A DNA stretch of 64,000 bases from NCBI GenBank assembly GCA_973895155.1, contig OZ316892.1, forward strand, positions 25,505,233 to 25,569,232. The letters run 5' to 3'. Positions 27,701-41,312 of this stretch are shown in pieces. The position numbers and the translations under genes are program-made. The notes below the pieces were generated by a model. The model was not told the DNA's origin, did not search any database, and saw nothing but the letters and a program-made list of their open reading frames with translations. Numbering within the stretch: the first letter of the stretch is position 1; every line of letters begins with the position of its first letter. Source of the DNA: Marsupella aquatica. Taxonomy: Eukaryota > Plantae > Marchantiophyta.

Positions 27701-28128
27701 ACTTATCCATGGTATGCACTATGCTAGAAGTGCACAAGATGTCATTTATGCACTTCTCCATTTGTGCATGGTTGCACCAGATGATGAGTGTATGTGAAAT
27801 CGCTTTTGCACCTCCTCATATATGTTGTTAGGTCACGAACATTGGACTCCTCATACCCCAAGCCCGCACACTGCACGTTGAGGGATTAGGGCGTACACTA
27901 ATAGAACACAGTGCACTTATGCGTTTGGCTTTAGTTATGGTAGTTGTCGTAGTGCCCTAATGTTATATCAATTTTGTTTGTAAATTCACCAAAAAATGTA
28001 GTTTGCATAAATGCAGGTTGATCCTCACTAAACCACAAATACCAGCACCACAAATACCAACACTGAATGACAAATAATAAGTGCATTCCAGGCTATAAGT
28101 GTACATATGCAATTACCAGTGACTGGAA

Positions 28129-28274
28129 TGCATACCAAAAGAAGTACTTACAGATAAATGCAGCATTCAAATAGTAAGAGCAGTTTCATGCACTTGTCCA
28201 GTGCATACCAAAAGAAGTACTTACAGATAAATGCAGCATTCAAATAGTAAGAGCAGTTTCATGCACTTGTCCAG
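28129..28274. repeat. Exact 73-bp tandem duplication
   Basis: TGCATACCAAAAGAAGTACTTACAG...CATGCACTTGTCCAG at 28129 and 28202. Confidence 0.9.
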
Positions 28275-28340
28275 TTCAATCCTGCAATGTTGGCCTGGAC
28301 TTTAACCACTTAATGCACTTATGCACAGTCTGTAGTTAGC

Positions 28341-28731
28341 TTAAGCAAAATTAAAATCAAAGCCCACTCTCCACGCTACCAACAGTAGGACAAGAGTAGT
28401 GGGAGTGAAGGACTTCAGTAGACCAAAATAAGATTAAGCAAAAATAAAACCAAGCCCACCCTCATTCCACGCTACGAAGAGTAGGACCAGAGTAGCGGGA
28501 GTAAAGGACTTCAGTAGACTAAAGTATATTAAGCACAAATAAAATCAAGCCCACTCTCTTACCAAGAGTAGGACCAGAATAGTGGGAGTAAAGGACTTCA
28601 GTAGACTAAATTAGAGTAAGCGAAAATAAAACCAAGCCCATTCTAAAAACAAAACAAAAAAAACAAAAAACCAAGCCCATTCTCATTCCACGTTACCAAG
28701 AGTAGGACCAGAGTAGTGGGAGTAAGGGACT
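28341..28731. repeat. About 90-95-bp tandem array (4 units) in the RPL17 upstream region, each unit carrying a site II motif (AGCCCA)
   Basis: Unit AAGCAAAA..AAAA(T/C)CAAGCCCA..AGAGTAGGACCAGAGTAGTGGGAGTAAAGGACTTCAGTAGAC repeats four times. Confidence 0.85.
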
Positions 28732-28769
28732 CCCACGGAACCCACACCCTAAGTTCAGGCCGGAGTCCC

Positions 28770-28870
28770 AAACCCTAATCTCATTCCCTGATAGGGCTAG
28801 ATTGATACCGCTGCAGCACGAGGGGCATATGGTTTAGGGTTTCTCACCTTCTGATTCTCTTTCTTCGGCG
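28770..28870 (+). promoter_or_regulatory. Plant ribosomal-protein core promoter: telo-boxes, tef-box-like element and pyrimidine-rich TSS region
   Basis: AAACCCTAA at 28770-28778, AGGGGCATATGGT at 28821-28833, TTAGGGTTT at 28834-28842, then a CT-rich tract before the ATG at 28939. Confidence 0.7.
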
Positions 28871-28938
28871 TCGCCCGAAGTTGTGACTCCTTTCCTTTCA
28901 CACCGACCTGAGGTGCTGCGCCAGCGCGAGCATCAGCC

Positions 28939-31304
28939 ATGGTAATTCGTCCGTCTGCCTCTCTCTCACCTCAATTCGTTTCCTGTCGTTACGTGCGTGT
29001 CGTCGTGATCGCCCCGAAATGCTCAGATTGTGAAACTTTCCTTTTTTCTTGAAAGGCTGCCCTTTCAATTTGGACTGCCTTGATGAAACAGTTTGGGAGC
29101 GATTTCGTCGATTGGTTGTTTGAATGGGTTTTCGTGTTTCTACATTTTAGCATTTCTCGATTTTCTGGATTGTGTACTCGATTCGATTTGTCATGATCGT
29201 GCCGAAATGCTTAGATTGTGGAGAAGTATACGGTTTTTGTCTCTGACGGCAGCCCTTTGATTTGGACTAGTTTCATGGATTAGGATGATGGCGCTTTCGT
29301 CGATAGGTTTCTTGAATGACTTTTGGGTTCTACAATTTTTCTCTTCTGCAATTTTGGTTTGGGTGACTGGATTGCTGGATGGGATTTACTTGCTCTGTGG
29401 TTGGGGTGGTTCCTCTAGCTGAGTGTCTAGTGTCCAGGTTGTGTTGTCCTTCTTCAATGTTCATCGATCATTACTATTGTGGACTCAATGAAAAGTGAGC
29501 TCGCCTACCTCGTAACATGCCTCGAAAAAGGAATGCAGAAACCTTTTATTCACATTAACGATTCGGAAAATGAGAGGTTGAGCCATCTATGTTTAAAGAG
29601 TCAGGAACATCGCATGTTTGGGGCGTTTCCTTTGCTCGGTCCTAGCGTTGAAATGGAAGAACTCTCATTCTTCTTCGAGCGAGTGTCTCCCTGGGATGGC
29701 AGCTGAGGTCTGACTCGTATGAAATCCGAATGCTATATGCAGGTGAAGTACGCTCGTGAACCCGACAATCCAACCAAGTGTGAGTTGCTGTCTTCCTTTT
29801 TGTATTCTTCCTGTGCCGTCGCATGGAGCTGCCGCATATTGTTAAGTAGTTGTGCCAGAGTTTCTTCCAGCCATTAGCCAAGTTCTATAAATGCCCTAAC
29901 GATTTTTCCTCTTTCCTACGTCGCATGGACTCTCGTTTGGTTTTGTCTGTGAGAAGCAGAACACCGATAGAATTGTCATCTCGGGTTTGTTTGTGGAAAG
30001 ATTCATCTATGACTTCTTGGTTTTTCGGTTGAGTTTGTTAGACATCTTTCTGAATTGTCGTCTGATGATGGTCATGCAGCGTGCAAGGCACGAGGTTCGG
30101 ATTTGCGAGTGCACTTCAAGGTGAGTAACTAGCGGTCATTTCGTTCGTTGGTAATTCCCAGTTATAGCACATATGAGAGCCAACTATACGTTTCTATCTT
30201 GCCTATCTACTAGTCCCGACTCTACAAATGTGAATTAAAACCTGTCTCATCTCGTGTTTTGATGCGGTTGTCTCGTCATGTCTTTTTGGTAGAACACTCG
30301 CGAAACAGCACAGGCGATTAAGAAGTTGGAGTTGGCAAAGGCGAAGAGGTATTTGGAAGATGTCTTGGCCCACAAGCAGGCCATCCCTTTCCGCCGGTTC
30401 TGTGGTGGTGTTGGACGCACTGCCCAGGCCAAGTCTCGCCACTCCAACGGCCAAGGACGTTGGCCCGTGAAGTCTGCAACATTCTTGTTGGGTCTTCTCA
30501 AGAATGCCGAGAGCAATGCCGAGGTATCTACCTGAATTATCATTTTAGATCTTATCCACGTCAACCGCATTAGTATGAGTATTCAACAATTTCCCGATTA
30601 CAAAGAGAATCATGTCTATGGTCCCATAATCTTTGGCATAATTGGGTTACTGTTCATCCTAAGCAGTTTCCTAAGACGTGTGATTGAATGCTCCAGGTCA
30701 AGGGTCTGGATGTGGATACGCTTATTATCTCCCACATTCAGGTTAACATGGCGCAGAAGCAGCGAAGACGCACGTACCGTGCCCACGGTCGCATCAATCG
30801 TGAGTGTTTCAGACTATGGACATTAGGGTTCGTTCGAATTGTCTTGAAAATTCATGTATAATCTGTGGATTATGGGTATTAGTTTACTTGTCGGAAAGAA
30901 TTTCTCGGTAAATTGGAAGAAATTGCCCGGGTTTTCTTCCAATGTCCTGTAGTGCGCTGGAGGTCAAATGGTATCTAATTCGAGTTTCTTGTAACGTGTA
31001 GCTTACATGTCGTCCCCTTGTCACATCGAATTGACCTTGTCGGAGAAGGAGGTGCCGGTAAAGAAAGAGGTAATCTTTCGTTCTATACAATCTCTGACAT
31101 TTATTCAGAGTATAATCGCCGTTAATTCTGGACGATGAAGCGGGTGGCTCTTGGAGTATTGTCAATCTTTCTTCTAGTCTTCTTCACGTGTACTGAATTT
31201 GGGGATGTTCCAATGTCTGTATTTCTGTCTAGGTTGATGCTGAGGTTACACCGAGGAGGCCAAGGAAAGCTCAAGCTCGCCTGAGGAGCGGCACGTCAAG
31301 TTAG
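28939..31304 (+). CDS. RPL17: 60S ribosomal protein L17 (uL22), 7 exons: 28939-28941, 29743-29779, 30080-30120, 30293-30523, 30697-30799, 31002-31069, 31233-31304
   Basis: M|[26 protein letters not shown]|[10 protein letters not shown]...[23 protein letters not shown]|VKGLDVD...[21 protein letters not shown] is clear uL22 sequence. All introns are GT-AG and in phase. Confidence 0.97.
29004..29345. repeat. Diverged tandem duplication (about 190 bp x2) in RPL17 intron 1
   Basis: TGATCG..CCGAAATGCT.AGATTGTG...GCCCTTT..ATTTGGACT...TTTCGTCGAT.GGTT occurs near 29004 and again near 29193. Confidence 0.7.
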
Positions 31305-34300
31305 ATAAACGTTGGAATGGTTTTTCACGCACCGATGGACATTTTGGTTCTGATACCTTGTCGTTCTGGGCTGTGCCTAAGTTTTGATAAATCATCAAGT
31401 TTCTTGCAGTGAAACATTGTTTTACTTCCTGGGATTTGAGCTTCCATGTAGTTATATTTACAGGCCACCGTGAACTTTGAAACGAAGTTCAGCGAACTCC
31501 ACATTGTAGAGCGGGGGTTTGCTTCTAAATATATTGCGAGTAGTTGATGAGGGGACACAGTTCTGAGAGACTTGATTAGAACCTTCTGAGTATTGTGGCA
31601 GTAGTACTCCCGGAAAGTATCCATTACAGGGATTATATACCGGATCACAATTTCCACGGATGCGAGAGATTTCACTATTGAATTTCACATCGCCGGTTCA
31701 GTCCTACTGTCGAACAGTCTACGATACTCGAGTCCTGTACAATTCATTCTGAGTGAGTTTCTAACGGAGAATTCCTGGAGAAAAGCAAGAGCAACGAGAG
31801 AATGGATGACGAGACCAACAAGTGACTTTCTTTCTCTACTAATTGTTTTCAAGCATCTCTCTGCCTTTTATGAACGAGCCCCTTCCAGGAATGTGAAGCC
31901 CGGATGGACATAAACACGTCTGACATGATGGCTGGATGGATTGAGGAAACCTTCGTGATTACTTTCAGAACATTGAACTTAACTTCATAACCCTTTTTCG
32001 CCTGCGACAAACGTCAGGCAAAATTTTCTGTCTCCATCGACTAAAGGCACACACTTTGGTCTCCATAGTATTTCACGGGGCTAACTTGTTCCCACAGAAA
32101 GTAAATTTAAGGAACACTTGTATCCCAAGAATCTGGAGGTTCTAACAGTGTCATGATTGTAAAATCTGTTTTCTCATTGGGGAGGTTAAAAGCATAGTGG
32201 TCGGCCATCAAGATTCTCTAGGGCAACGAACGTTTACGATTTGAAAAATTTGTGGGTATTGTCCACGGGCAACCGAATTCGTGTAAGGTAATCCCCAGGG
32301 ATTTCCAATTTGGGAGAATGCACGGAAGGAGGGCTATACCTAACATTAAGTCAGCTGAAATTTTTTGAACTTGCTTTGGATCTTCTGTGTTCCACTAATT
32401 TGGAGAGATGGCAGAATGCCCTTGTCAGCTTGCTGAGTGTGTTCTTGTAATTGGTGAATGCCCAACTTCAACATTTCTCTCCAAGTGAATGGTGCATTCG
32501 TAATTAGGCCCTAAAAAATGGCCTTATCGTGCCAATTTCAATTGTGCTTCTCAACCTGAATCATTGCTTGCAAATTAAGTAAAGTATATCATGTCCTCTT
32601 ACACTTGGATCGTTTGGAAGGGCCAATTTCAATTGTGCTTCTCGACCTGGATCATTGCTTGCAAACAAACTATAATATATCATGGCATCTCACACTTGGA
32701 TTGCTGGGAAGAAATACCACAAAAAGAGCTTCTGACAATGCACAGCAATCTCAGCAACTCACCAAGAAATCTGGGATACTTGGGGCCTTCCCCCCATATG
32801 GTCCAGAATTGCAACCACTGAGAAGTGTCATGCCATTAACTTCAGTGCAACATTATTATAATAATTGCTGTTCAGGTTCCTTCGTTTCAGTTTTTTAAAG
32901 TTGCTGTGGCCTCTTTGGCTGTGTGGCTTGGTTTCTGGCAGTTATTGGTATTTCCTGTTGGTTTTTTGTTTGATGTTTTTGTGGATGAGGCCTGGGCTGT
33001 TGCCTCCTTGGCTGCTGGTTCATCTTCGTGTGCTGAGTGTGCTTGTTTCACCTATCAGTTTGCAATAAAGTCTTCTGGTAAATGTACATAAAAATACAAC
33101 AACATAGTGTTACTGTGCAATGTGGCATGTGCCCCACAGGTTGGACAAAGTTTCTATATCACCATAAACTTGATTGTTCTGTGAGTCTTGTTTCTTCTAC
33201 ATAGTATAGCATCATTGAGTGTTGTTCCTTCTATGTGTCTGGCCTGCTGCTTTTTGATGGGCAACCCATCTGGACGCAATGGAAAATTGTCTAATTTCAA
33301 AAAGAAGAAGATGAAGGTTTGTGAGTATGAATTTTTCTTTTTCTCGGTTGTTCTGTTCTTCTCCTTGAGGTGAGGAGGGGGCGGGAGAGGAAGGAGAGCA
33401 AAGCAGTTTTATGAGTATTAATTTTCTTTATTGTTGTCATTCTCCATGAGTTGATCATGAGGAGGGAGTGAGAGAGGAAGAGAGAGTATGCGCATCCTGC
33501 CAATGGAACAACAAGTTCGATGGCGTGCCATGATGAGACAACCATGCACAGCCACAGGCTCACATTCACTTGCCCACTCTTTCCCCCTCTCACCTGTCAT
33601 TTCACCCTGTGCACACACCGATGGATGGACAGCACCATTGTCCATCTTGCGCCCTCACTTTGCTTGGGAATACTTTTTAAAATTTTTGTAAAGTAGGTGG
33701 TGATAGTTATCTATGAAAATCTCTCCCACCAGTGTCCACAAATCCCAGGAAGTCACTCTTCTTGTCTGAGATCTTAGGACAATGGTAGGCAACAAAGTAA
33801 GTTTCTCGTAGTGAACACCCACCTACTCGCCGGCCAAACAAAACACCTCAAAATGAAACAACACATTATTACATGGAGTAGGTTTGTTTTGGGTCTGTAG
33901 CCTTGGAGGCGGGCTTGGAGGTGGGTGTACAAGATGTTGAGAAGAGAACCTTAAAAATATCCAGGTTGGGTTGTGTTAGCTATGGACAAACAAGTTACAG
34001 GAGTTGAATTACGAGCAATATGCTTTGATACTTGTCACACAAACATCATAGAGCAAATGAGAGTAAACAGTGCATCTTGTTGTGTTGTGTAGTGTCGTGA
34101 CATAAACACATTGTAAACATGCAGCAAAACCTTCAAGTCCATAAAACCCAGAAACAAAAGAGTACGTCGCAAATGTAACAAACAATGAAATTGTATGTAC
34201 GTAGTAGAGTTGTAAACCTCTGTATCCTCGACACAAAAACATCTCGCAGAGGAAAAAAATAAGTATAGACAAAAAGCGCCCCTCAAAATTGTGTATGTAT

Positions 34301-34821
34301 GCACCAATGACCGGAAGTTGAAGAGCCAAGAATCTACAGCCCGCGGGTTGTAGCCAACAGGCACCCTGCAAACGGCTGGGAAAAAGCAAAGGGCCGGGAT
34401 GTATTCAAGGGCATGTGGCTCCGGCTTGGCGAAACGATGAGAAAAGGGCCCATGGGCCCCGGAGGTGTACACACAAGTAGTCGGGGCGACAAAGGGACGC
34501 GACCCTATGCTGACATTGCCCCTTCGGGATGTCACTTCCACAAAAGTGGCATATTATGTGCGACAAGGATAGGATAAGGGAAGACTTAAAAGTTTTCTCA
34601 GAAGAACAACAGGGTCTTTTAAATCCAACTTTGAGACTTATAAGAACATTAGTGTCTTTTTAATCAAAAACTTGGAATATTCTAAGATTATTCTAACTTC
34701 ATAGGGTATTAAAATTTAAAAAATTCTTACATTTTAGGGGGTCTGAGGCCTAAAAATGTTGCAGGTGATGGAGAGGCCTCCATATAGTGAATCCCCGAGT
34801 GTTGCCCCAAGTATGAGCGTC

Positions 34822-34842
34822 GGGGGGGGGGGGGGGGGGGGG
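34822..34842 (+). repeat. Poly-G tract (21 nt)
   Basis: Direct observation. Confidence 0.95.
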
Positions 34843-35770
34843 CAGCGAAGGACAGGACAGGAAGGGCCCCGGAAAATGCAAACTGCCCCACTCCAATAAT
34901 ATATATAGTTAAGGATGCTGGTGTTTCTTAATGAGGTGTTTGGTCAACCTGCATGTGCGGGATACTGTATACAGGAGGCAAAATACTGACACAAAGAAGC
35001 AAGCAGGCGCCCTTAGTTGCACGTTAAGGGTGTTTGTGTGGTTCAACATTGATTTGTCGCTGTTAGCATTTGAGAGCAGTAGCGCTGTAATCACCACCGG
35101 CTGTCAAATACTGATCGTGAGCAGTCACATTGTAATGTCGAGCTGTATATATCATATAAAAGTACGGTAATACTTAATGAGATATAATCAAGTAAAAGAG
35201 CGTTGTTGTGGTAGTAGGGCCCCCAAACCAGAAAAACCACACAACGACCTTAATGTGTATAATTGCGCATATGCACGCACGACAGTCGTAGGAAGGGGAA
35301 GCCAAGAAGGAAAGTGAAAGGCTGGGTGAGGAGAAAAGAGCAACTGCCAGCTGGGAGAAGGGTTGCACAATAAGAAAGGCGCACAGCCCTATGCAACTGC
35401 TGGAGGAAAAGACGGAGGCCGGGAGGGTGGTCACTGTTGGGAAAAATGACCAAAAAGGCCTAAAATACGCCCCTCCCCCAGCCTCCGCAGCCGCAAAGTG
35501 TAAACCCCCACAAGGAAGGTCGCAGCTGGGCAGAAATGGCAGCGTAGCACAAGAAGGGGGAAGAAAAGTGGGATGAACCCCTCTAAAACATCTACAATTA
35601 AAGCCATATAGTCTCAGTTACTAGATAAAGGGCAATCTATGTAGACCCACATATGAGGGGAGACATACAGGAGATTGTATATCTCATAACTTCGACCGTA
35701 TGATTTTTATCGTACTTTCAGATCGTATGTTCCTTTATTATGGGGCCTCATCATCCTTGCTCAGTCACTT

Positions 35771-36556
35771 CCAAGTTTGGACTTAATAGGGCCCCTTTGG
35801 CATCTCCTGGATTTAAGAGGACCCCAAGATCCCATGGGGACTTAACATACAAGGCCCTGTGACGGCCCACCGTTGTGCTGGTTCTTATCCCGTGCTTGTG
35901 AGAACAGGGGCATTGAGATATAAGAACATTACGTACCTCACCACGCAGTAGAGCGCAGGTGGGTCTAGAATAGAATTGCGCCCTCAAATCCAATCCGCTG
36001 CAATTCACGTTCGACGACACTCTCCAAAGCTTTGCTTGCAACTGCACAAGAATGACAGCTTTCCCGCCCTCTGAAGTTCAAATTTTCCACAGTTCCAACT
36101 GAAAAAATAGGAGTTGGGCAGTGTTTTCCTTCTTTACATTGTACCTTAGAGCAGAGCTCAAGCAGAGCAAAGAAGTGCGTCCTTCAATTTCAAATCAAAA
36201 TTGAGACCATTTAAGGAAAGAAGGAAAACACTACCCAAACTCCTCCTTTAGCTCACAAAAACTGGCGCTCTCGACTCTCCCTCCCAGGTGCCTTACACAT
36301 TCAACTTTCAACTCTCCCTCCCTAAACCCGCCAAGCACTCCGCTGAAGTCCCTGCCTCGGTCCCTGCTACAGTCTACTGCACTTGCCCAACTGTGAAACA
36401 CTCACTTTGCAGGTTAGTGTGTGGTTTACTGCGTAGGCCTTGATAGGAACCGAGCGACGATGGGCAGTCACATGGGCCCTGTTAAGTCCAGATGGAATCT
36501 TGGGGTCCTCTTAAGTCCACAAGATGCCAAAGGGGCCCTATTAAGTCCAAACTTGG
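35771..36556. mobile_element. Non-autonomous DNA transposon/MITE (about 786 bp) with about 115-bp imperfect TIRs and an 8-bp TSD (hAT-like)
   Basis: Left end CCAAGTTTGGACTTAATAGGGCCCCTTTGGCATCT... mirrors right end ...AGATGCCAAAGGGGCCCTATTAAGTCCAAACTTGG. Flanks are AGTCACTT (35763-35770) and AGTCATTT (36557-36564). An extra inner inverted pair lies at about 36111-36135 / 36217-36242. Confidence 0.8.
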
Positions 36557-37953
36557 AGTCATTTCCATTCTATCTGTTTGTCTGCCAGTGTCGCACTCAA
36601 CTTGTAGCTCTGGTTTGCTTCTAGCTTTGGTCACCCATTCACTCACAGAGTGGGCACAACTTTGCTTGTCAGGTCGGAACGCCATGCAATTTTGTCCTCT
36701 TCTTCCAGTTTTATGGAGTGTTGTGTTATGTTTCATGGATTTATCTGTTGATTAGTTTATTCCCCTTATATCGCGCTTACATCCGCTTTCCATAGAGATC
36801 TGCTTTTTGTAGCTTGCGTGTGTAACTATGATCTCAGAGAGTTTGCAGGAGAATCTTGTGTTGGTTATTGCTGCTAGCTTATCAGCCTTCGTTTCTTGTC
36901 GCAGTAATGTTTGTCTTTGATGCATGTCAGGGACCACAACCCGATGCAAGCCTGCTTTTGTTTTATTCATTTGTCACCAGACTTGTTTCATGCAAAGGAG
37001 GTCCTTGTCAATTTTGTACTAATAATGAAAGATATTATTCTTTACAGATTGAAAGACTACATTTAGCTTGGGAAATTCTGCATGCACATTTGACATGGGC
37101 CCAGTGGGGCGCTCAACCTCAATGAAGAGTCGAAGCTGACATTTAGAATGATTGTGGTTCTTTCAAGTGGCTAGCACATGGCTGGCATGTGTCCCAATCA
37201 CCCCTTGCCTAACATCCCCTGGTGTGCTGGCATATGGCTCGTGTGTGACAATCATCCGTAGCCCAAAGTCTATACAGTGTGGTTGGCATCCAAATACACT
37301 TAACTGGTCCCGTAACTGGTAATGAGAAATTAAAAATTACAGGTGGAGAAACATAACTGGACAAGGACCATAATAATGGAACCCACTACCTTAAAGTCAA
37401 GAAAAGGGGCCCCGAAAAAATGCAAACCCCTCCTTTGTGTGTACTTGACGGGCGCAGGGTCCTAGGCTGGGCTGGAAAGGGGAGGAGGTTGGGGAAAAAA
37501 TACTGAGAGGAGGGTCGGCCAAGTGTGTATCAACACTCAAGCACGGTGCCCTATGCATGCCCGTGCCGCAGCGAGGGTAGGAAGTGGCCACCTGAGTTGG
37601 CAGGAGCAAGAAGTGGCCTTACAGTCCTTGGGAAAAATAAACGCCTTCCCCCTAGGTGTAAACGTTTGCCAGGCTGGAATAGGAAGACCAGAAGTTAAGT
37701 GTATACACAAAACCTAGCACCTCTCCTTTGGTCATGCCACTTTTCTTCAAAGAAATTGTACCAATGTCGGCAAGGAGTGGCAAGATCATTAGAAAAGGAG
37801 GCCTCTGTTCTATTTAACTGTCCTTGCAACTTAAAGTTTTTCTTGATAAAATTGCATCATAGAAATATGAGTGTACCTAACTGAATGGAAATGAAATGAA
37901 AACCAATGGGATGCCAAGATCGCCCAGGAGCATCTAAAGAATCGATGTATAAT

Positions 37954-39200
37954 TACAGACCTCCATTAGGGGTCCTTTCCAAAATTCCTGGCTCCACAGC
38001 ATGCCACATCATCATGGCACGCTACAAACATGAAGGGTCTTGTTTTTGGATGAAATTAAGTTCTGAATTCGTGTTCGTGGCAACTTCTTTGTAAAAACTG
38101 GGACGCCATGCCGTAAAAGAGAATGTAAGAAAACCTACATGCGAATCAAAAGATAAAAAGATTGAGGTAAAACTGTTCCTTATAACCGTTTTATTTACAT
38201 TTTTATTTTATTCAAAAACATAAAATTTTCCCGGTAACAATTATCATAATGAAAATTCACGTATAATATGACGTTAGAAAGATCTTGAAGAGACTGTCCT
38301 AATGAGCTCAGGATTGTCAACATTCGGTAAAAATTGAGTAAGTAATTTAAAAAACATATTTTACCCGTGATTTTATAATCTATAATGTGAATAGAAATCT
38401 TTGTTGCACAGCCTCCAAAATGTTGATCCTTCCATGAGAATGAACCCTAAAATTGACAGATTTTATCGAGTACTAAGGAGATTCTGAGTTTTAGAAATTC
38501 TTTAGCTTTTTAATGAACTTAACATTGATAGATTTAGTTGAGTTTTGAGTATTATGAACTTTCCAATGAGTGGTCATGAGTTTCTAAATTTCTCTAGCTT
38601 TTGATCAATTCAGAATTCTACAATTGGAGATTTGTTTCTGTGAAACTTTTGGTCTCAAACAATTATGCAAGGTTAGGATTTGATGACACCAATGACTTCT
38701 CTCTCTTCGTCTCTCTACGTGTAGGAATTGAAAAAGTGATTACTTTCAATACAACTTGAGTGCATCTGACATCCCTTCAGTACCGTGGAGGAAACCATCA
38801 AGCACCGTTTTGCTAAAGTGGGCAATTAAGCTACCCACACATTAAACAGTAGTTCAGATTGTAGCTGGTTTTGTGATTGATATTAATTATGGTTGCCTTG
38901 GTAAGTTTGGCAATTGTTTCAAGTGTCAAACTTTGACTTGTCCATTTTTGAATTTTTTTTTCTTTATGGACCCCACTAGAGGTCCCTTCCAAAATTCCTG
39001 GCACCACAGCGTGCCACGTCAACAACAAGACTCGTCAATTTTGTGAATCAAACTTATAGTTTTCATTCATGTTTGTGTCAATTTGGGTGTAAATTTTGGG
39101 ACGCCATGCCGTAAAAAGAAAAGTAAAAACATTGGAAATGCAAAGAACAAGACGGTTAAAACTGTCACTATGTAACTGTTTTAGTTACATTTCCAATTTT
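37954..39200 (+). mobile_element. Two diverged direct copies (about 37954-38200 and 38965-39200) of a TE-end-like dispersed repeat; a third partial copy at about 22960
   Basis: Shared GAC(C/T)CCA.TAG.GGTCC.TTCCAAAATTCCTGGC.CCACAGC.TGCCAC.TCA and downstream TGGGACGCCATGCCGTAAAA. Confidence 0.55.
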
Positions 39201-41312
39201 AAAACTTAAATTCAAAGATTTATAAAAAGTATTTTTCATATAATAAATAATGACTAATAACTAACTTGATAACTTCCTTGTTAAACCGCAACTCCCGGTA
39301 TGTAAGGACCTCTCGTATTGTATGGCCATTAATGTTGGGAAGAGCACATAGAAACCCAGGATCGGGGAGGAGGAATGGCTGGAATCTTGAAAGTTCATCG
39401 AATTTTATACTCAAAACTATTTACTCATTCTCAAAACAAAAAATACCCAGTCGTACATCTCATTGAGATCTTTCTTTTGCACCCTAGATCGCTTTCTAAC
39501 ATGGATGAATAAGATTTCTAGAGGCATTACAAAATGGACGGCAAAGATTGTAAAATCAACAAAATCGACGGCTAGGAAGGCTTGGATTTGTTTAATTTTT
39601 CATTTGAAAAATATTAACCCATTTGCAAAACGGACAGAACCCATCCATAGATCTATTTGAGATCTTTCTTTTGAGCCATAGATTGGCCATTATGATGGAC
39701 GGACGAGATTTCCGGAGATAAGAAATGGAGACGGCTCAGATCGACTCTTCCCCCTGATTTTATTAGCCAAGGGGTCCACGAACTAATTAGACTTGGAAAT
39801 ACGTCTGGGCTTCAGTTTCTAGATAATTGCCTCTAAAATAACATGGGGGTCCATGGATTAATTCCTTGTACAGAATGGCAACCTATGTGAACTGCTCTCA
39901 CTGCCTTAACAGAGATTCAAGAAAGTTAAACTAACAAGTGAACAAGACTCTATCTAAGTAGTGAATGAAACAAAATGACTTTGTTTCAAGAAGACAAAAA
40001 CTCACAACAAGAATATAAAGTCAACTACGACTAGATGAAGCAAAAAGGTTCCCTTAACAAATGAATGGCTATGCTTCAAGAATACCCATACTTTCCCTAC
40101 AAGAACAAGAGTCAACTATGTCCCTAATTGGGCCCTAACTTGGGCAAATGAAACCCAAATCACAAGCCTGCAAAAACATAGAGCACCCAAAGGCTTGACG
40201 GTCATGCGAGGGACATGGCAAGTGGAATTGACGGCCATGTACCCAGGCATGACAATCAGTGTCCCTGTCACTCTTGAACTGCTGTAGGATTCTTGTGCCT
40301 CCTCCTGGCATACTGAACCTTGCCCTAAAACCCTGTGACCTCCCCACCTATAAGTGCAACATCTACACAATTACAAAATCTTTGAATGTATCAATAAGAG
40401 TTCAGGACTATGCTATTGTTCTTATAGACTAGCCCCATGCCTGTGCATTGCATAGTATTGCCAATACTAAGTGATTGGTGAGTGGAAGTGTTGTCGAGTA
40501 TCAGTGAGATTACCAAGGAGTCAACATGGCAGGGAGTCAACAAGTCAGTTTGAGAACTGGATTTCAAGGAGTGTGTAGGTTACAGGAGAGTGATGGGTTG
40601 GATGTGGAAAACATGCACAATGGTACCTTTAGGTCCATCTCATGGTTAGGAAATGATGTCACCATGATCCAACGGCCAAGGAGGCTTTCTCTAAGGATGA
40701 CATTTTGTAAGCAGACCATGAGAAAAAAAGAGCGGGATTGCATACTACAGTGTTTAGATGAATGCATACAAATGACTGCACCTCTGTCTTTTGTCCCACA
40801 GTGACAAACATAAACCACTCATAAAAAGTGTACAAACATTGCAAAACTCACAGAAAAAGGGAACATCTTCACTACCTCCAAACGCTTGTAAAAAGTTCTA
40901 AACGAGTGCAAAACCCATGGGAAATAATGCGAAGATTTTGACGATCTCAAAACACTTTATCAGCAGTGTAAAATAAGTGCAAAACCCATGAAGAGAAGGA
41001 AGAAAGATCTGTCTTGCAATAAACCTATCGTTGCACTTATGGAAGGTGCACTTGGGAAGAGTGCACTGTAACTAATGAACAGCCTAAAGTCCTGAGCCTT
41101 CAGTACCCACGACGTCGTTCGACGAGAGAGCAAAATAATGGTGGAAGAAGATTCAAGCCTTCGATTTCCTGTTCGGTACAGTACACAAGAAAGCTCGGCG
41201 AGAGGCGGCAATAAGCTGAGAATTTCATCCGTATCTCTTCTTATTGCTTGCTCTGTGTGGATTTCTTAGTGAATTTTCAAGGTTTTCGCTGGGACTTTTT
41301 GAGTGACTCGAC

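Noticed and set aside
28770-28842. Telomere-like AAACCCTAA/TTAGGGTTT as an interstitial telomere
   Set aside because: These are single units in a ribosomal-protein promoter, which makes them ordinary telo-boxes.
31131-31197. Possible intronic C/D snoRNA in RPL17 intron 6 (GACGATGA...CTGA)
   Set aside because: The C box is imperfect, there is no terminal stem, and I could not identify an rRNA-complementary guide. A snoscan/Infernal run would be needed.
32500-35600. Many 60-170-aa ORFs in the RPL17-uL23m spacer
   Set aside because: No coherent exon chain or recognisable domain; the region looks like decayed TE or low-complexity DNA.
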